A stretch of DNA of 64,000 nt from Utricularia gibba (Eukaryota; Plantae; Magnoliophyta). The position numbers were made by a program, and so were the translations under genes. The stretch covers positions 4,030,001 to 4,094,000 of the forward strand of contig CM007991.1 of assembly GCA_002189035.1 (NCBI GenBank), in the 5' to 3' direction. Positions 52,445-64,000 of the stretch are shown here, in pieces; the stretch's first letter is position 1; each line of letters starts with the position of its first letter. A model generated the notes under the pieces. The model was not told the DNA's origin and ran no database searches. It saw only the letters and a list, made by a program, of their open reading frames with translations.

Positions 52445-55393
52445 TAGGGCTGTGCAAAATTAATGAAACTCCAAATACTGAATTGAATTTTATGTTATTT
52501 GATATTTGGAATACAGTATTCGGTATTTGGTATATACTTTGTAGATTATTCTTAAAAATTTTGGATTTTGGTTTCGTATTTAAAATAGGAACTATAATTT
52601 GGTATATATCGAATAAGCCAAAGGTTTATATTATTATTTAACTATATATTCTTTAATATCTAAAATATTATATCTTTTAGAATCATTAATAAGAAAAGCC
52701 TTCGCTATTCTTCGTTCTTGAACACACTTTGACTTTAAGAAATCTAGTCCAAATTCAACCACCACCGTTCTTATCTACCATGGATAATGATTCAATTTAG
52801 CCATTATCCATTGAGCAATCTTCTAATCACCCACCTCCTCCACCACTTTTTGGGCAATTTGCAACAACTTCAGTGTCTGCTATTGATAGATCTAGCAGGA
52901 AGAAAAAGGAAACAAATGGCTTTGAGATCACCTTTATAGTCTGATTATAAAAGATTTGAAGGTTCTGATGGAACAATGAAGGCCCAATGCAAGACATGTG
53001 GACTTAAAATAAGAGCTAATACTACGAATGAGATGTATGCACTGAAGAGTCATAATACAACTTGCAAGGAAATGATATAATATATTGATAATGATTAAAA
53101 GCAAACATCTATCACATTTAATTCTAGAGTGAATTCTAATATGACTATTATCAGGTGCGATAGAAAGACTTTGATACGATTAATAATATATGTCGAGCTT
53201 TCTTTTTTATTTGTTTCAAGGCCTGAATTTGCCTATTTTATATCTATTGTTTGTCTTAAGTTTAAATTTTCTTCAAGATGGACAATGCAATGTGATATAT
53301 ATGACTTGTTTTACTTTGAAAATGAAAAATTGAAATAGTATTTTAGAAGCTCACATCAAAGAGTAAGTTTAACTATTGATAGTTGTACTTCGATTCAAAG
53401 AGTGAATTATATGTGCTTGACTGTTCATTATATTAATGAAGATTGGATATTGCACAAACGATTGTTGAGTTTCTGTCCAATTTCATCTTACAAGGAAAAA
53501 GACATTGGTGTTGCTATTGATAGATGCTTATGTGATTGGAGATTGAATAGAATTTTTACAATTACAGTTGATAATGCTAGTTCAAATGATATTGCTATTC
53601 AGTTTTTGAAAGAGAAGTATTGTAATAGGAAAGAAAGTGTGATTAAATGTGAATTACTTCATATGCGGTGTGTTACTCACATAATTAATTTAGTTGTGAA
53701 GGATGGTTTAAAATTGGCAATGGATTATGTGAAGAAAGTTAAAGAAGTGGTAACATATATTAGAGAATCTCCTCAAAGATTGCAGAAGTGTAAAGAATTT
53801 GCAGTGGCTGAAAATATTCAGTGTAAATATTCATTGACATTAGATGTGCTAACTAGGTGGAATGCTAATTATCTAATGTTAGAAACTGCACTTAAATTTG
53901 AGAAATATGATGATGAAAACACCACCAACTTTAGGAAAGATCTTTAAAATGATACATGAATATGCATGATATCAAATGCGAGTAATTGAGATGACGTGAA
54001 AAGACTTATCAAACATCTTGAACAGTTTTATCAACTTATTTTGAAAGTCTCTACTTCTAATTTGGTCACTGCCAATTGTTTTTTCCATGAGATTACAAAT
54101 GTTGATGAAGCTTTACGTGAATGACAAAACTCTAGTGATGTGAACTTGGTTGAAGTGACAATAAAAATGAGAGAAAAATATTTGAAATATTGGGGTGATG
54201 CAGAAAAGATGAACAAGTTGATATTCATTGCTGTTATTTTTTATGCTCGTCAAAAATTTGAGTATTTAGAGTATTGCTGAAATGATATTTATGGTAAAAA
54301 GTCAGTTGACATAATTTTTGAGATTAGAAAAACTCTCTACACTTTATTTGAAGAGTATAAAAGGAAGTTGATGACGGAAAATATAGAGGATGTAATTAGC
54401 AATAATGCAAGTGATGGTAATTGTAGAGACAATGGTCACTTGTCAAAGCAACCCTATAATGAGATTGACAGTGATACCAAATTATTGGAAAGGTTGAATC
54501 GATAGAAGAAGAACAAAGGTATGGGTGCTAAAGTTGATAAATCAGAATTGGATAAATATTTGAGTGAAAATATAGAAACAATCATGGCCAATTCTAAGTT
54601 TGATATTCTATCATATTGGAAAGTAAATGCTATTGGGTTTCATGTGCTTGCTCAAATGCCTCGTTATGTTTTATCAGTTCTTATTTCTACTGTCGCATCT
54701 GAGTCGACATTTAGTACATGTATCACATATTTTTTTCATAAACTATTCTAATTTAATATACAATCTTTCAATTTTTATTTAATATATGATAGATGGTAAA
54801 ATTCTAAATACTTTTAGAAGTTCTTTGAGTCCCAAGAGTATAGAATCACTCATATGCACCCAAGATTGACTTAGAGGATTATATGATCTAGGGAACACTG
54901 AAGAAGATCCTTTGAAACAAGTGAAATTTGAGAATGATAATTATCACATTATTGACGATATTTTTATAATTATATATTATTATTATTTTTATATTATCTA
55001 TCTAAACTAATATTATATTTATTAAATCTTATTGTTTCAGAGATAACATGAATTTCTTCCATCACTTTAGAATAGGAAGTTATGAATTTTTCGTAAAACC
55101 TAAATTATTGTATTTTATTTTATGGAATGAAATTAAGATTTTTTTATATATTATATTTGAAACACTTTTGACATTTTAAATATATGATAAGTATTTTACT
55201 ATTAATATTTAATGAAATAAAAAATTTGGAATTTAATGAACCAAATATTGAATATCGAAATAATTTTAATATTTGATATTTAAATTGACACCATATCTGA
55301 TTTGGATTTAGAATATGAATTTTTACAAATTTTAGTATTTGGAAGTTCCGTATTTAATTCAATATACTGAACACTATCGAATGCTCACCCCTA
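52445..55393 (+). mobile_element. Degenerate hAT (Ac/Tam3-type) DNA transposon, 2949 bp, non-autonomous
   Basis: TIRs tagggctgtgca and tgctcaccccta (10/12 inverted match). 8-bp TSD gtagaaag / gtaggaag (7/8). Transposase remnants: BED finger KAQCKTCG...KSHNTTC (~52980-53070), YMCLTVHYINEDW, ITVDNASSND, LTLDVLTRWNANYLML and dimerisation domain STVASESTFS; many stops. Confidence 0.93.
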
Positions 55394-56379
55394 GTAGGAA
55401 GTTCAAACTAGAGAAAACATTAAGCTTTAATTTGATAAATAGACTTATAAGAGATTGCTGCTGAAAATGTTTTATTAAATATTCATAAACAATGAAATAG
55501 TTATTAATAAAATCAGAAAGGTTAGGGATGGCATGCGGATATGAAAAACCATGTGAAGATCGGCGGTTAGAGATCATGCGACTACATAACTTTAGAAATT
55601 TAGTAAATACTTACAAAGATTGTTATGACTATAAAAGGTGACTAACTAAGATGAATATTGATGTAAATGAAAAGTTTTTAATAGAACAAATAACAGTCAT
55701 ATATGACTCACAATAAAGGAAAATGTGACGTGTCAAATGTAAAATATTAATTGGAATAAATTGTGTCAATAAAAATTAATATGATGAGCAATTAATATAT
55801 AATACCAATTGTGATGAATATAAATCAAGGACATATTTTACTTTTGTTTTGTACAAAGAATATCCGTGATGTATGCTTTGATCGAATGCAATGATATGAA
55901 GATCTTTTAAAATCATGTGAAATAATGTTGTGGTGATAGTTTGGGTAATCAACGAATCAATAGAAAATCTGAATCTGATCACATGTTCTTATACAAAAGA
56001 TATTGAAATATAAAAATGCTATAAATCTGATATTGTATATTGCTGTTTGGTATATTTGAAACTCTTAGAAAACTGTATTTTATAAGGTATCAAAGAATAC
56101 TAATGTGAATACAAATAATATGTTTAATGATTTAAAATGATAAAATTGGATAATTAATCTATGGAATAATTTAAAATTATATGAGACTTATATTCAAACT
56201 TTGTAGTAAAGGTAAATATAATTAACTGTTTTATTTTTTAAAAAATAAATATATTTATTGATAATAAAATAATCTAAAATCGATTGTCAAATAATTACAG
56301 TTTCATTTATTTTCAGAAATAAAAATAACTCATGAAAACATTAGACCCAAGGGCTGGACTGGATCCATCAAGAGGATGT

Positions 56380-56500
56380 GATGGCCCAACCCAAGTACCC
56401 GAAGAGCCCATGAACTGACCGTTACAAGCTATCGTTTTGTAGATTATGCACCACGCGTTGGATCTGGTAGGCCCCATGGATTAATGGGCCTCGGCCCATA
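56380..56500. promoter_or_regulatory. Cluster of site II (TGGGCY/RGCCCA) elements, promoter-like
   Basis: ggccca at 56383, agccca at ~56405, tgggcc at 56485 and ggccca at 56493, just before a GC-balanced, T-rich transcribed-looking region. Confidence 0.45.
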
Positions 56501-59500
56501 ATTAATCAAGTTCCATGCTGTTAACGGCTGCCACCTCGCGCGTGGTGTCCACGTTGGAAATTTAATGATATTTTAATTTTTTAAAAAAATAAAAAATTAA
56601 TAAAATAAAAAAAATTATTTTTGGAGTATTAGAATGAATGGTAAATTGAATCTCTAATTTTAAAATATTGATTGTCCCCATGTAAGGTGTGTGAAGATAT
56701 TTCATTGTTGATCGATCCTGCGCGAATCGGCGGCACTTGCAGTCAGTGAAGAGAATTGGGGATTTAATCCCTGATCAGTCATGCTTGTCTCTTCAATGAT
56801 ATAGAGCAATTGATGTGGTAGTTTCTCCAGCAAATATGTGTTTTTTGGTCTATTTATTTCATTGAAGAAATGGCCATGCTTTGTTTTTAGGCCCCATGCG
56901 AATGCCTGCTCGCACCCTTACCGCTGCCAGGGAGATTGTATTAATAAACTAGGACCCTGTGTCAGATATTGCCTCCTGCATGATTGAATTACCTGTTTCG
57001 GAACCGTGTTCTTGAGAGCACAATAGGCGTGGCGGGAATGGCTATGCTTTTTCGATGTTTTATCATGTCATTGTTCTTGAATGTAAATTTTTGGGACATT
57101 GTTGTAAAGTAAGGTGTAAGGGCTTGATCTTAATGGGGCCTTACTGTGGTGGATATGATCCCCTTCTCTACTGCAGTAGTTATCCGCATCATAATAATTC
57201 ATTTGTTGCTGTTTCTTCTAGATTTTAGAAACATTAACTTGTGTTGGACTGGAAAAGAAACGAATTTTTGACTGGTCAATCTCTATTCCTCACTCATGTG
57301 ATGAACAGGCAGTAGAGGGTGAGTTAAATGATGATGGAAAAAAAGTGAAGAATTTTTCACTGCTTGTTCTCAGCACTGCATCTGGCATGAATGAAATGGC
57401 CATGCTGGCCTACACATTTTTCCTCGTGTGCAGTATAAAACTAGCAGTTAATGCCGGTAGATGAAACCAGATGATAAGGAGTTTATCTGAAACAGGAACT
57501 TGAGAATACAAACGCTTCACGTGATTGGAGGGATGATACCACAGAGCCTTGGATACTGTACTAGGTGTGTGTCTGTTCCCATTTCTGGTGGCTGGGAAAG
57601 AAAGCAGGCTGGTTCATGTTGCAAGATGTGCTGTGCTTTTAACTCTTTTTTTTTTTTGAAATGCAACAGGAAAAAGGATCCGAAGATGGAAGACAATGGA
57701 CACCCCACCACAAAACCTTCCTATCAGGTATGCAGCATCTGTCTTTTACCAATTTCCCCGAAATTCAACATTAGATGAACTACAAATCACCGGCTCCGAC
57801 ATGGCATCCGCAGTGGGGTGTTCGTGCATTGTCACAGCTCATACTCTCCCATCAAGTGACATTTTCTTGTCCTTGAAGTTGTAAATGTTACACTTATGTC
57901 CTATCACGTGTCTGGTATGTCGAGGAAAACAGTGTTGAATAATCAGGTTTGTGTGTGAAACATAGCATTGCCTGATTGAAACAAGGCATTGAGTTTTGCT
58001 TGCTGTTGCCTCCATCGATTTATTTCCCTCCCGAAAAAGTCTCCAACTGCTGACAGGTGCTCTTATTTCTATCCACCAAGCAGCTGCTCCCCCCTCCAAC
58101 CTCCAATTATTGCTGTCCCACCCTGGCCTTCCTCCATCTTCTGCGTATAAATGTAACCCTCTCTCCCTCTTCTCAAATGGGATCCAACCTCTTAGCATCT
58201 TGATCATGTAGTTAGTGCATATACGCCCTCTTGACTGATTTACTTCCTTGCAGAAGAGCTGTTTCAAATGCTAGAGCATGTCTGATACAGAGGTTAGCCC
58301 ATGTGATTCCTCAAGTGCTGCCTGGCTGGTTGGCTGGTTTTGATGCAACCTGAAAGGTTGGGTCTTTTCAAGAGGCATCACAGGAGACATTCATTGGCTT
58401 GAGAGATGATTGGACGGCTGGGAGTGGCAGTGGGAAAACGAGACACGCATTAAATGGTGTTTGTCCTTTTCCTTCGCAACAATGCCTGAGCAAGGCATCT
58501 CGTACATGAATGAACACGGCTCATCGGCGATGCCTGTGTACGGATGTTTTCAATATTTTTCGCTTTGAAACCGGCTATCTTCTTCAAAATCACTCAACGA
58601 AAAATGTAAAAGTATTTCTTTTTTGAAAAATTTATATATTTCTAAAATAAATATAATTTAAGTTTTCTGAAACTTTGAATTTATAATTTATTCAAAAATG
58701 TATAGTTTTAATTTTTCTTGAAATTTATTTAACTAGAATGTTGGTTTTTTTGTGATTGTGAATGCAGCAGCATTTAACCCCCCTCCGAAAAAAAAAACGT
58801 GTTTCCCCACCGTCCAACTGAAAGATCGTTTTCAAGCATTGATTACATATAAAATAATTTATTTATTTTTTAAAATTATTGTTTATATTTCATACCTGTG
58901 TGCTACCTATTCGTCAAGTATGATTTAAAATTTTAAAAATATTATAAAAATAGCTCAAATCCGAATTGAAAATGAAATTGGGAAAGGTTGGTTCTGATTG
59001 GAAATCTAAAGCAGAACCAATTACTACGGGCTTGTTCTTCATAATTTTTTGAAATGACAATGTTTAATTTTTAAATATTTAAATATTTAATTTTTTTATA
59101 GTAAAATAAAAAATTGAGATTCTATAATTGATTTCAGAAATTATTTAATTTCTCGAATGTATATTTCAACCATTAAATGATATATTAATTTTAAAAAATA
59201 TACTATTTATTTTTTATCTATTCTAAAAATATATTTATATTAGAATATTAAATTATATAATAGTTTAATACATTAAATTTTAAATATCTATATATATATA
59301 TTATTCTATTCAATTTTATAATATAATTTTATGTTATTCCATAAGACATTTTTATAATCTCAAATCGATTCTATTTACACATTCTTAAAATTGATTATAT
59401 TCTACATAATTTGATTCATGACTTTAAATTACATAATATGCCATGGATAGCTAAGCTCTCTAATGGCCCCCTCTAGAGAAAGCGTTATAATTCAATAAAT

Positions 59501-60327
59501 TTCAATAAGGTGATAGATGATAATTTTATTCTAAAAAGGTATTTAATCCCAGTGGCACGTGTTGATTATAATTGACTCCACGTTTGCATAAAATAATTCC
59601 GCCTTTAAAAAAAGAGGAAATGAACATTCTTTTTCCGGAGGTACTAAGTGCTTTTGTGATGTAAGTTTTAATTTGTTGAGGGTTAATTAAAAATCAGATT
59701 AATTTATACAAAATAAATAAATTAAAAAATATGAATGCTTTTTTTTTGTAGAAAATATTATTTCAATAAGTATTATTAAAATATTTATAATAGATAATTG
59801 AAATATTTTTTTGAAATAATAAGGATAATAAAGTATTATTATTATAGGATTAATTAAACACCTAATTAATGAATTTGTGTTTTATATGTGATTAACAAGT
59901 ATTACTTAACTCAAAGTAATCTATAATATCCTACCAAATAAGTTTTAATTATCAATTATGTGATGGAACCAGGGAAGAAAGTATTTACAAAATTAATTTT
60001 TATAATGAGTTCAATTGAATTTAATAATTTTTAGTTACATTTATTATAAATTTAAAATATAATTAAATTCAAAATTATTATTTATGTTAAGACGTTCAAA
60101 TTTTTAAGATTTTTTTAAATCTAAATTTAGAAACCCAAATGAGAAGTATTGCTATTGTATGCATGAATTTTATATACAATTTGGGGTTGCACGGACAGCC
60201 ATCCCCCGGTTGTCCGAAATGTGGATTTATAAAGACGCACGTATGCTCGCTGTTTTACTTGCTTGTTTCTCTGCATCCATTCATTCTTCTTCTGCTGCAT
60301 CTTTTCCTCTCTTTTGTGACCTACTCC

Positions 60328-60860
60328 ATGGCAATGTCTGAAAGAAGAACACGCTCCAGGGAACCTACTGCTGTCTCCAGAGTCAACGAGCAGCAGGTGA
60401 CTGATCTCCTCGCCAGATTGCAGGAGATCCTCCCGGAGATCCACCGTCGCCACCGCCGGCGCCGCTCCGAAAAGGTGAAGTGAAAACTGCCAAGTATCAG
60501 AAAGCGCTGTTGTCGAAATTTTATCTTGTTTAATGTAAAGTTGGTGTTTTTCCATGCTTATCCGGTTATGCATCTTCATGCACACTATTTTCCTTTTATG
60601 GGGTGGGGTGGGTTGGGGTGGGACTCATCGTTTTGCTAGTCGCTGACAACCCATGCTTTAAATGTTTTCGAGTATCGAGACCTAGAATCGAAATGGCGCA
60701 GGTTTCGGCTTCAAGAGTGCTGCAGGAGACCTGCAACTACATCACAATTCTGCACCGTGAAGTTGGCGATCTCAGCGACCGGCTGTCGTACTTGTTGGCG
60801 ACGCACGACGTGGAAAGCGATGAAGCAGCCGTGATCAGGAGCTTACTGATGAGAGATTAG
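60328..60860 (+). CDS. PRE: PRE/ILI/KIDARI-type atypical (non-DNA-binding) HLH protein, 2 exons
   Basis: Exon 1 60328-60474, exon 2 60702-60860: (MA)MSERRTRSR...[20 protein letters not shown]...RRSEK|[34 protein letters not shown]...[12 protein letters not shown]. Confidence 0.94.
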
Positions 60861-61497
60861 AAAACTGGCAGTTAGAATGTGGTGCTTTTGAAGTTTATGT
60901 TTCATGGCTACTCGTACTGTGCTGTCTACCATTTATTCATAGCAGATTCTGCCTTCTTTCCATGCGATTTTGTTTTCGTATCCGGGATTCTTTTTCTTTT
61001 GTACCAATCAGATTTCCCTAAGAATAATCAAATCCATCAATCATGAAGATGCAAACTTTTTCCGTTCAGAAAGAAGCTCGCTTTACCCAATGTTATTCCT
61101 CGGAAGTCGGAAGGATTAGCAGAAACAGAATGATGACCGGTAAATTTGTTGGGCGTTCGGAAAATATTGTCGCGCGTGGGATCATATGATTGTGCGGAAA
61201 CTGGTGTGAGAATCTCCACTAGGGTTTCCGCAAGCTCGATAAGTCCATGAAAAAGTTTAGAAGGCGTGATAGAAAATGTATCACTAAAGTAAGGAAGTAT
61301 TGGAGCCGAAGCCGCAAGTGAAAAAGGCGGAATCGGAAAACTCCAGACGGAAATTGACACGAACTTTGATAAACACAGAGTAGAAGTGAAGGGTAAGTAG
61401 AGAAAATAGAGATAACTTCCAGAATGCCTGGCCATTGTAACATTGGGTCTTACTCAAGAGGAAAATTGACCTAATGCCATGAATTGAAAGTGCGGAT

Positions 61498-62348
61498 ATG
61501 GAAATCGAAGAGGAAAATGGGCTTACCCAAGAGGCTTCTGTGCACAAACTCCATTGGGAACCGGGTGTAGGAGGAAAATGATGCTCGTGTTTGTGCTGTG
61601 TGGGCTCCTGATTTTCCTCGGCAGGCTGTTGCAGCTGTGCTCTCTTTGTATCCATGCGTGTACTCAGTTGTATTCCACGGCTTCATAATGAATTGACCAG
61701 GAGGTTTACCAGGTTCTGCCACTACATCAAATACTACACGAGTCAAGCAGCGGCGGTTCGGGTGTACAAGAACACTGTGCTGCAGTGCCCGAGTGCCTAC
61801 ACCGGGGAAGATGAGCGCCGAGGAATCGGACAAACGGCGGTCTCTGGTGTGCCCTACGGTGGAAATCGATACATCGATTTTGATCAACTCCGGGATTACT
61901 GCAGCTTTTGGAAGCATGTTTAGTTTTAGGTAGGTTTGCAAGCTTGATGTTAAGCCCGTTGGTTGACATAGATGGATCAGTGTGATGGGCCCGGAGTGAG
62001 ATGAAGGGCTTGTGTTTGAGCTATGTGGTAGTCGAGCTTCCCCTGTATCGCCTCTTTCAATTATTCTGGGTATCTGTTCTTTCTTTGTCGAGCCAGTGTG
62101 CCAATTCATTGGACCAAGGCTGGTTTGGGCTAGTAGCAGTGGTTTTCTGTTTGTTTGCATGGTTGGGATTACTAGCTTCATAATTCATATCTTCAAGAAG
62201 GGAAAAAATCTCAAATTTCACAAATGATGATGAAAATCCAGGCCATTGTCTATTGCTGTCAGACGTTTTTCTGTGGATCTTCACGAATGACACTCAGATT
62301 GTAATACCCCTTGTGCAGATCCATGGGAGCCCTCGAGTTGATCCCATG
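61498..62348 (+). pseudogene. Decayed sucrose transporter (SUT2/SUC3-like) remnant
   Basis: 62054-62183 reads LSIILGICSFFVEPVCQFIGPRLVWASSSGFLFVCMVG (cf. SUC3 NSVVLGISSFLIEPMCQRMGARVVWALSNFTVFACMAG, from memory). Weaker echoes: FLGRLLQLCSL (cf. FGWALQLSL), QEHC, and an exon-like SMGALELIP at 62319-62348. Stops and frame breaks throughout; the extent is uncertain. Confidence 0.55.
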
Positions 62349-64000
62349 GTAACATGTGCTGGACTTAAAAGTCAGGAGTTTCTGTTCATGTTCTGTTGGA
62401 ACTGGTTACTCTGTAAAGTAACAAATTCACATCTCAAGATTCCCGTTTCTGCAGAATGGTTCTCTGTAGCTTTCACTTGCAAAACTCATTGGTGAATGAT
62501 ATTTCTCAAATCTTCAGAAAAGAAAAAAGGGGTAATGAAAATGGGTGATTTGAAAACCTGAAGGAAAGTGGTTAGCAAGTTGCTTTCAAGTGGAAGAAAA
62601 GGATGAAACTGGGGTGTCAGTTAAGAGGCTGCTGTCACATGGCCTTTCCCCCCTTTGTCATTAACTCGCGGTGCATTGAAACAAGTGGAGCGGGAATAGC
62701 ATCCATACCTGTCTGCTGCTTGTCTATATTGTACGCGCTCCCAGCTTTTATCTTTTGTTCTTGCCGCACCCCATGCGCACCATATCATGTCTAACAGAAG
62801 CCCTTTGAGTAAGGTGAACAAAACAATACCAGGCTTGCTATATATTCACTCAGTCGAGTGGTGAGATGTCAATATTCAGTGTTTCAGCCCGTGATTCATT
62901 GATGGCACCCTGTTACATATGGGGGTCATTCAGCTATCTTGGTCTTGTGTGTAGTTGCCGAGACCAATTGAACCATCCACCAACCTTGGTAAATGGTTAG
63001 AGGACAGAAGTGTACTGTACACAAGGGAAAGAAAGTGAGGACAAACGACAAAAATGAAAAGGTCCCTCCAAGATAGGGATATATGGAAGAAAGCAAGGCA
63101 AGCAAAGGAAAAAGACACTTGGAGGGGGCCGCCATCACAGGAAATAGAAAAGCTGGGTAATCCCTGTGCAGACAGATTCTTTTCCAATACAAGAGATGAA
63201 TACATTTCTGATGATAGAATGTATTATTCATAAAAGATGGTTTTTTATGCTCCATTCTTTTTGGTTTGTGGGGAATGGTATTGGGGATAGTGAATGTGGA
63301 ATGGTCTCAGGCACGATGGCTGTTGGTGGATTAGTTAGCAATCCCTGACCCCTCACTTTCTGATCCACACATATTCCCATATGGGGTTGTACCCTGCAAT
63401 AACTTGCCCTCTATTAGATTTTCTTTAATGAATCTTACGTGCGTTTGACTCTGTGAAGGCGCCTTCATTCTTCCTGCATGTGAGATATGTAGGTATATGT
63501 AAAGGTAAATGCAGTGATGCACACGAGTTGAATGAATGCATTAGATTGGCCCCATGTTGACAATGAGTGAATGAAGTTGATCCAGACATCAGGTTTAGAG
63601 ATGAAAAGGACATGTCACCATGAAATATGAATTGAATGAGATTAGATTCCTTCTTTTTCTTACAAATGCTTCAACCTTTCATGTCTACTGATGTTCTGAT
63701 TGCTGAGAATGAATTGTAACCTGAATGACTTGACGAGGCTGGGTGGTATATATCCACCAGAGGTATGAATGTGTCTCCCTCTAAGGCCAGCTCACATCAT
63801 TGTAATTTAGTTTTCTCTGTTTTGTGTAGGACAAAAAATGATGGCCCTTTTCTATGGTTCTTGGATATAATATTTACTCCAATCGTGACTATTTCTTCTT
63901 TCATCAGTTTTCAGTCTCCATCTCCAGAACTGGCATGATGGGTGCTGATAGATCATCTTCACACAAATTGTTCATTGATGATCTGCAGTTAGCACTGATT

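Noticed and set aside
57500-57565. LRR-like string IGGMIPQSLGYCT
   Set aside because: A single short match with no flanking LRRs or LxxLxLxxN core; insufficient for an LRR call.
61471-62181. 236-aa minus-strand ORF
   Set aside because: No recognisable domain and a non-ATG-like composition. It overlaps the + strand SUT2 remnant, which has the homology.
60860-64000. Expected miR395 loci and CLE9/10/45 peptides, recalled from the Arabidopsis block
   Set aside because: By eye I found no CTGAAGTGTTTGGGG-like sequence, and no RLVPSGPNPLHN or RRGSDPIHN motif, here or near the ZF/GDAP2/CDF genes. A proper search could still find diverged copies.

Overview
Eukaryotic (flowering-plant) nuclear DNA: gene-dense, with short introns (mostly 65-260 nt) and very AT-rich intergenic islands. 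No prokaryotic, phage or CRISPR content. Recognisable genes, left to right: GH1 beta-glucosidase (BGLU40-like), C2H2 ZAT-type zinc finger with an EAR motif, GDAP2-like macro/CRAL-TRIO protein, an intronless multi-pass membrane protein, VIK/ILK ankyrin kinase, p24-delta, MIXTA-type R2R3-MYB, plastid-targeted METTL7-like methyltransferase, a CDF-like gene with no intact Dof zinc finger, two tandem class I RNase T2 genes, RING-CH E3 ligase, PKS-like gene, sphingoid base hydroxylase, initiator tRNA-Met, a small acidic LLEASDDELG protein, F-box/kelch (SKIP11-like), PRE/ILI atypical HLH, and a decayed SUT2-like sucrose transporter remnant. Mobile DNA: a 2.9 kb degenerate hAT transposon with TIRs and an 8-bp TSD, a hAT-type MITE, a Tourist MITE, LTR-like debris, and a ~29-bp minisatellite. 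The most notable observations are: (1) the CDF homologue keeps its N-terminal IKLF motif and C-terminal CDF motifs but has lost the Dof domain (possible microProtein/decoy, or a pseudogene), with a candidate convergent antisense transcript reminiscent of FLORE; (2) a PKS gene with two introns, one bounded by an exact 8-bp direct repeat (intron-gain signature); (3) apparent single-base deletions in three genes within ~8.5 kb, which could be real or assembly error. Homology calls are by recognition of motifs from memory; no database search was run.
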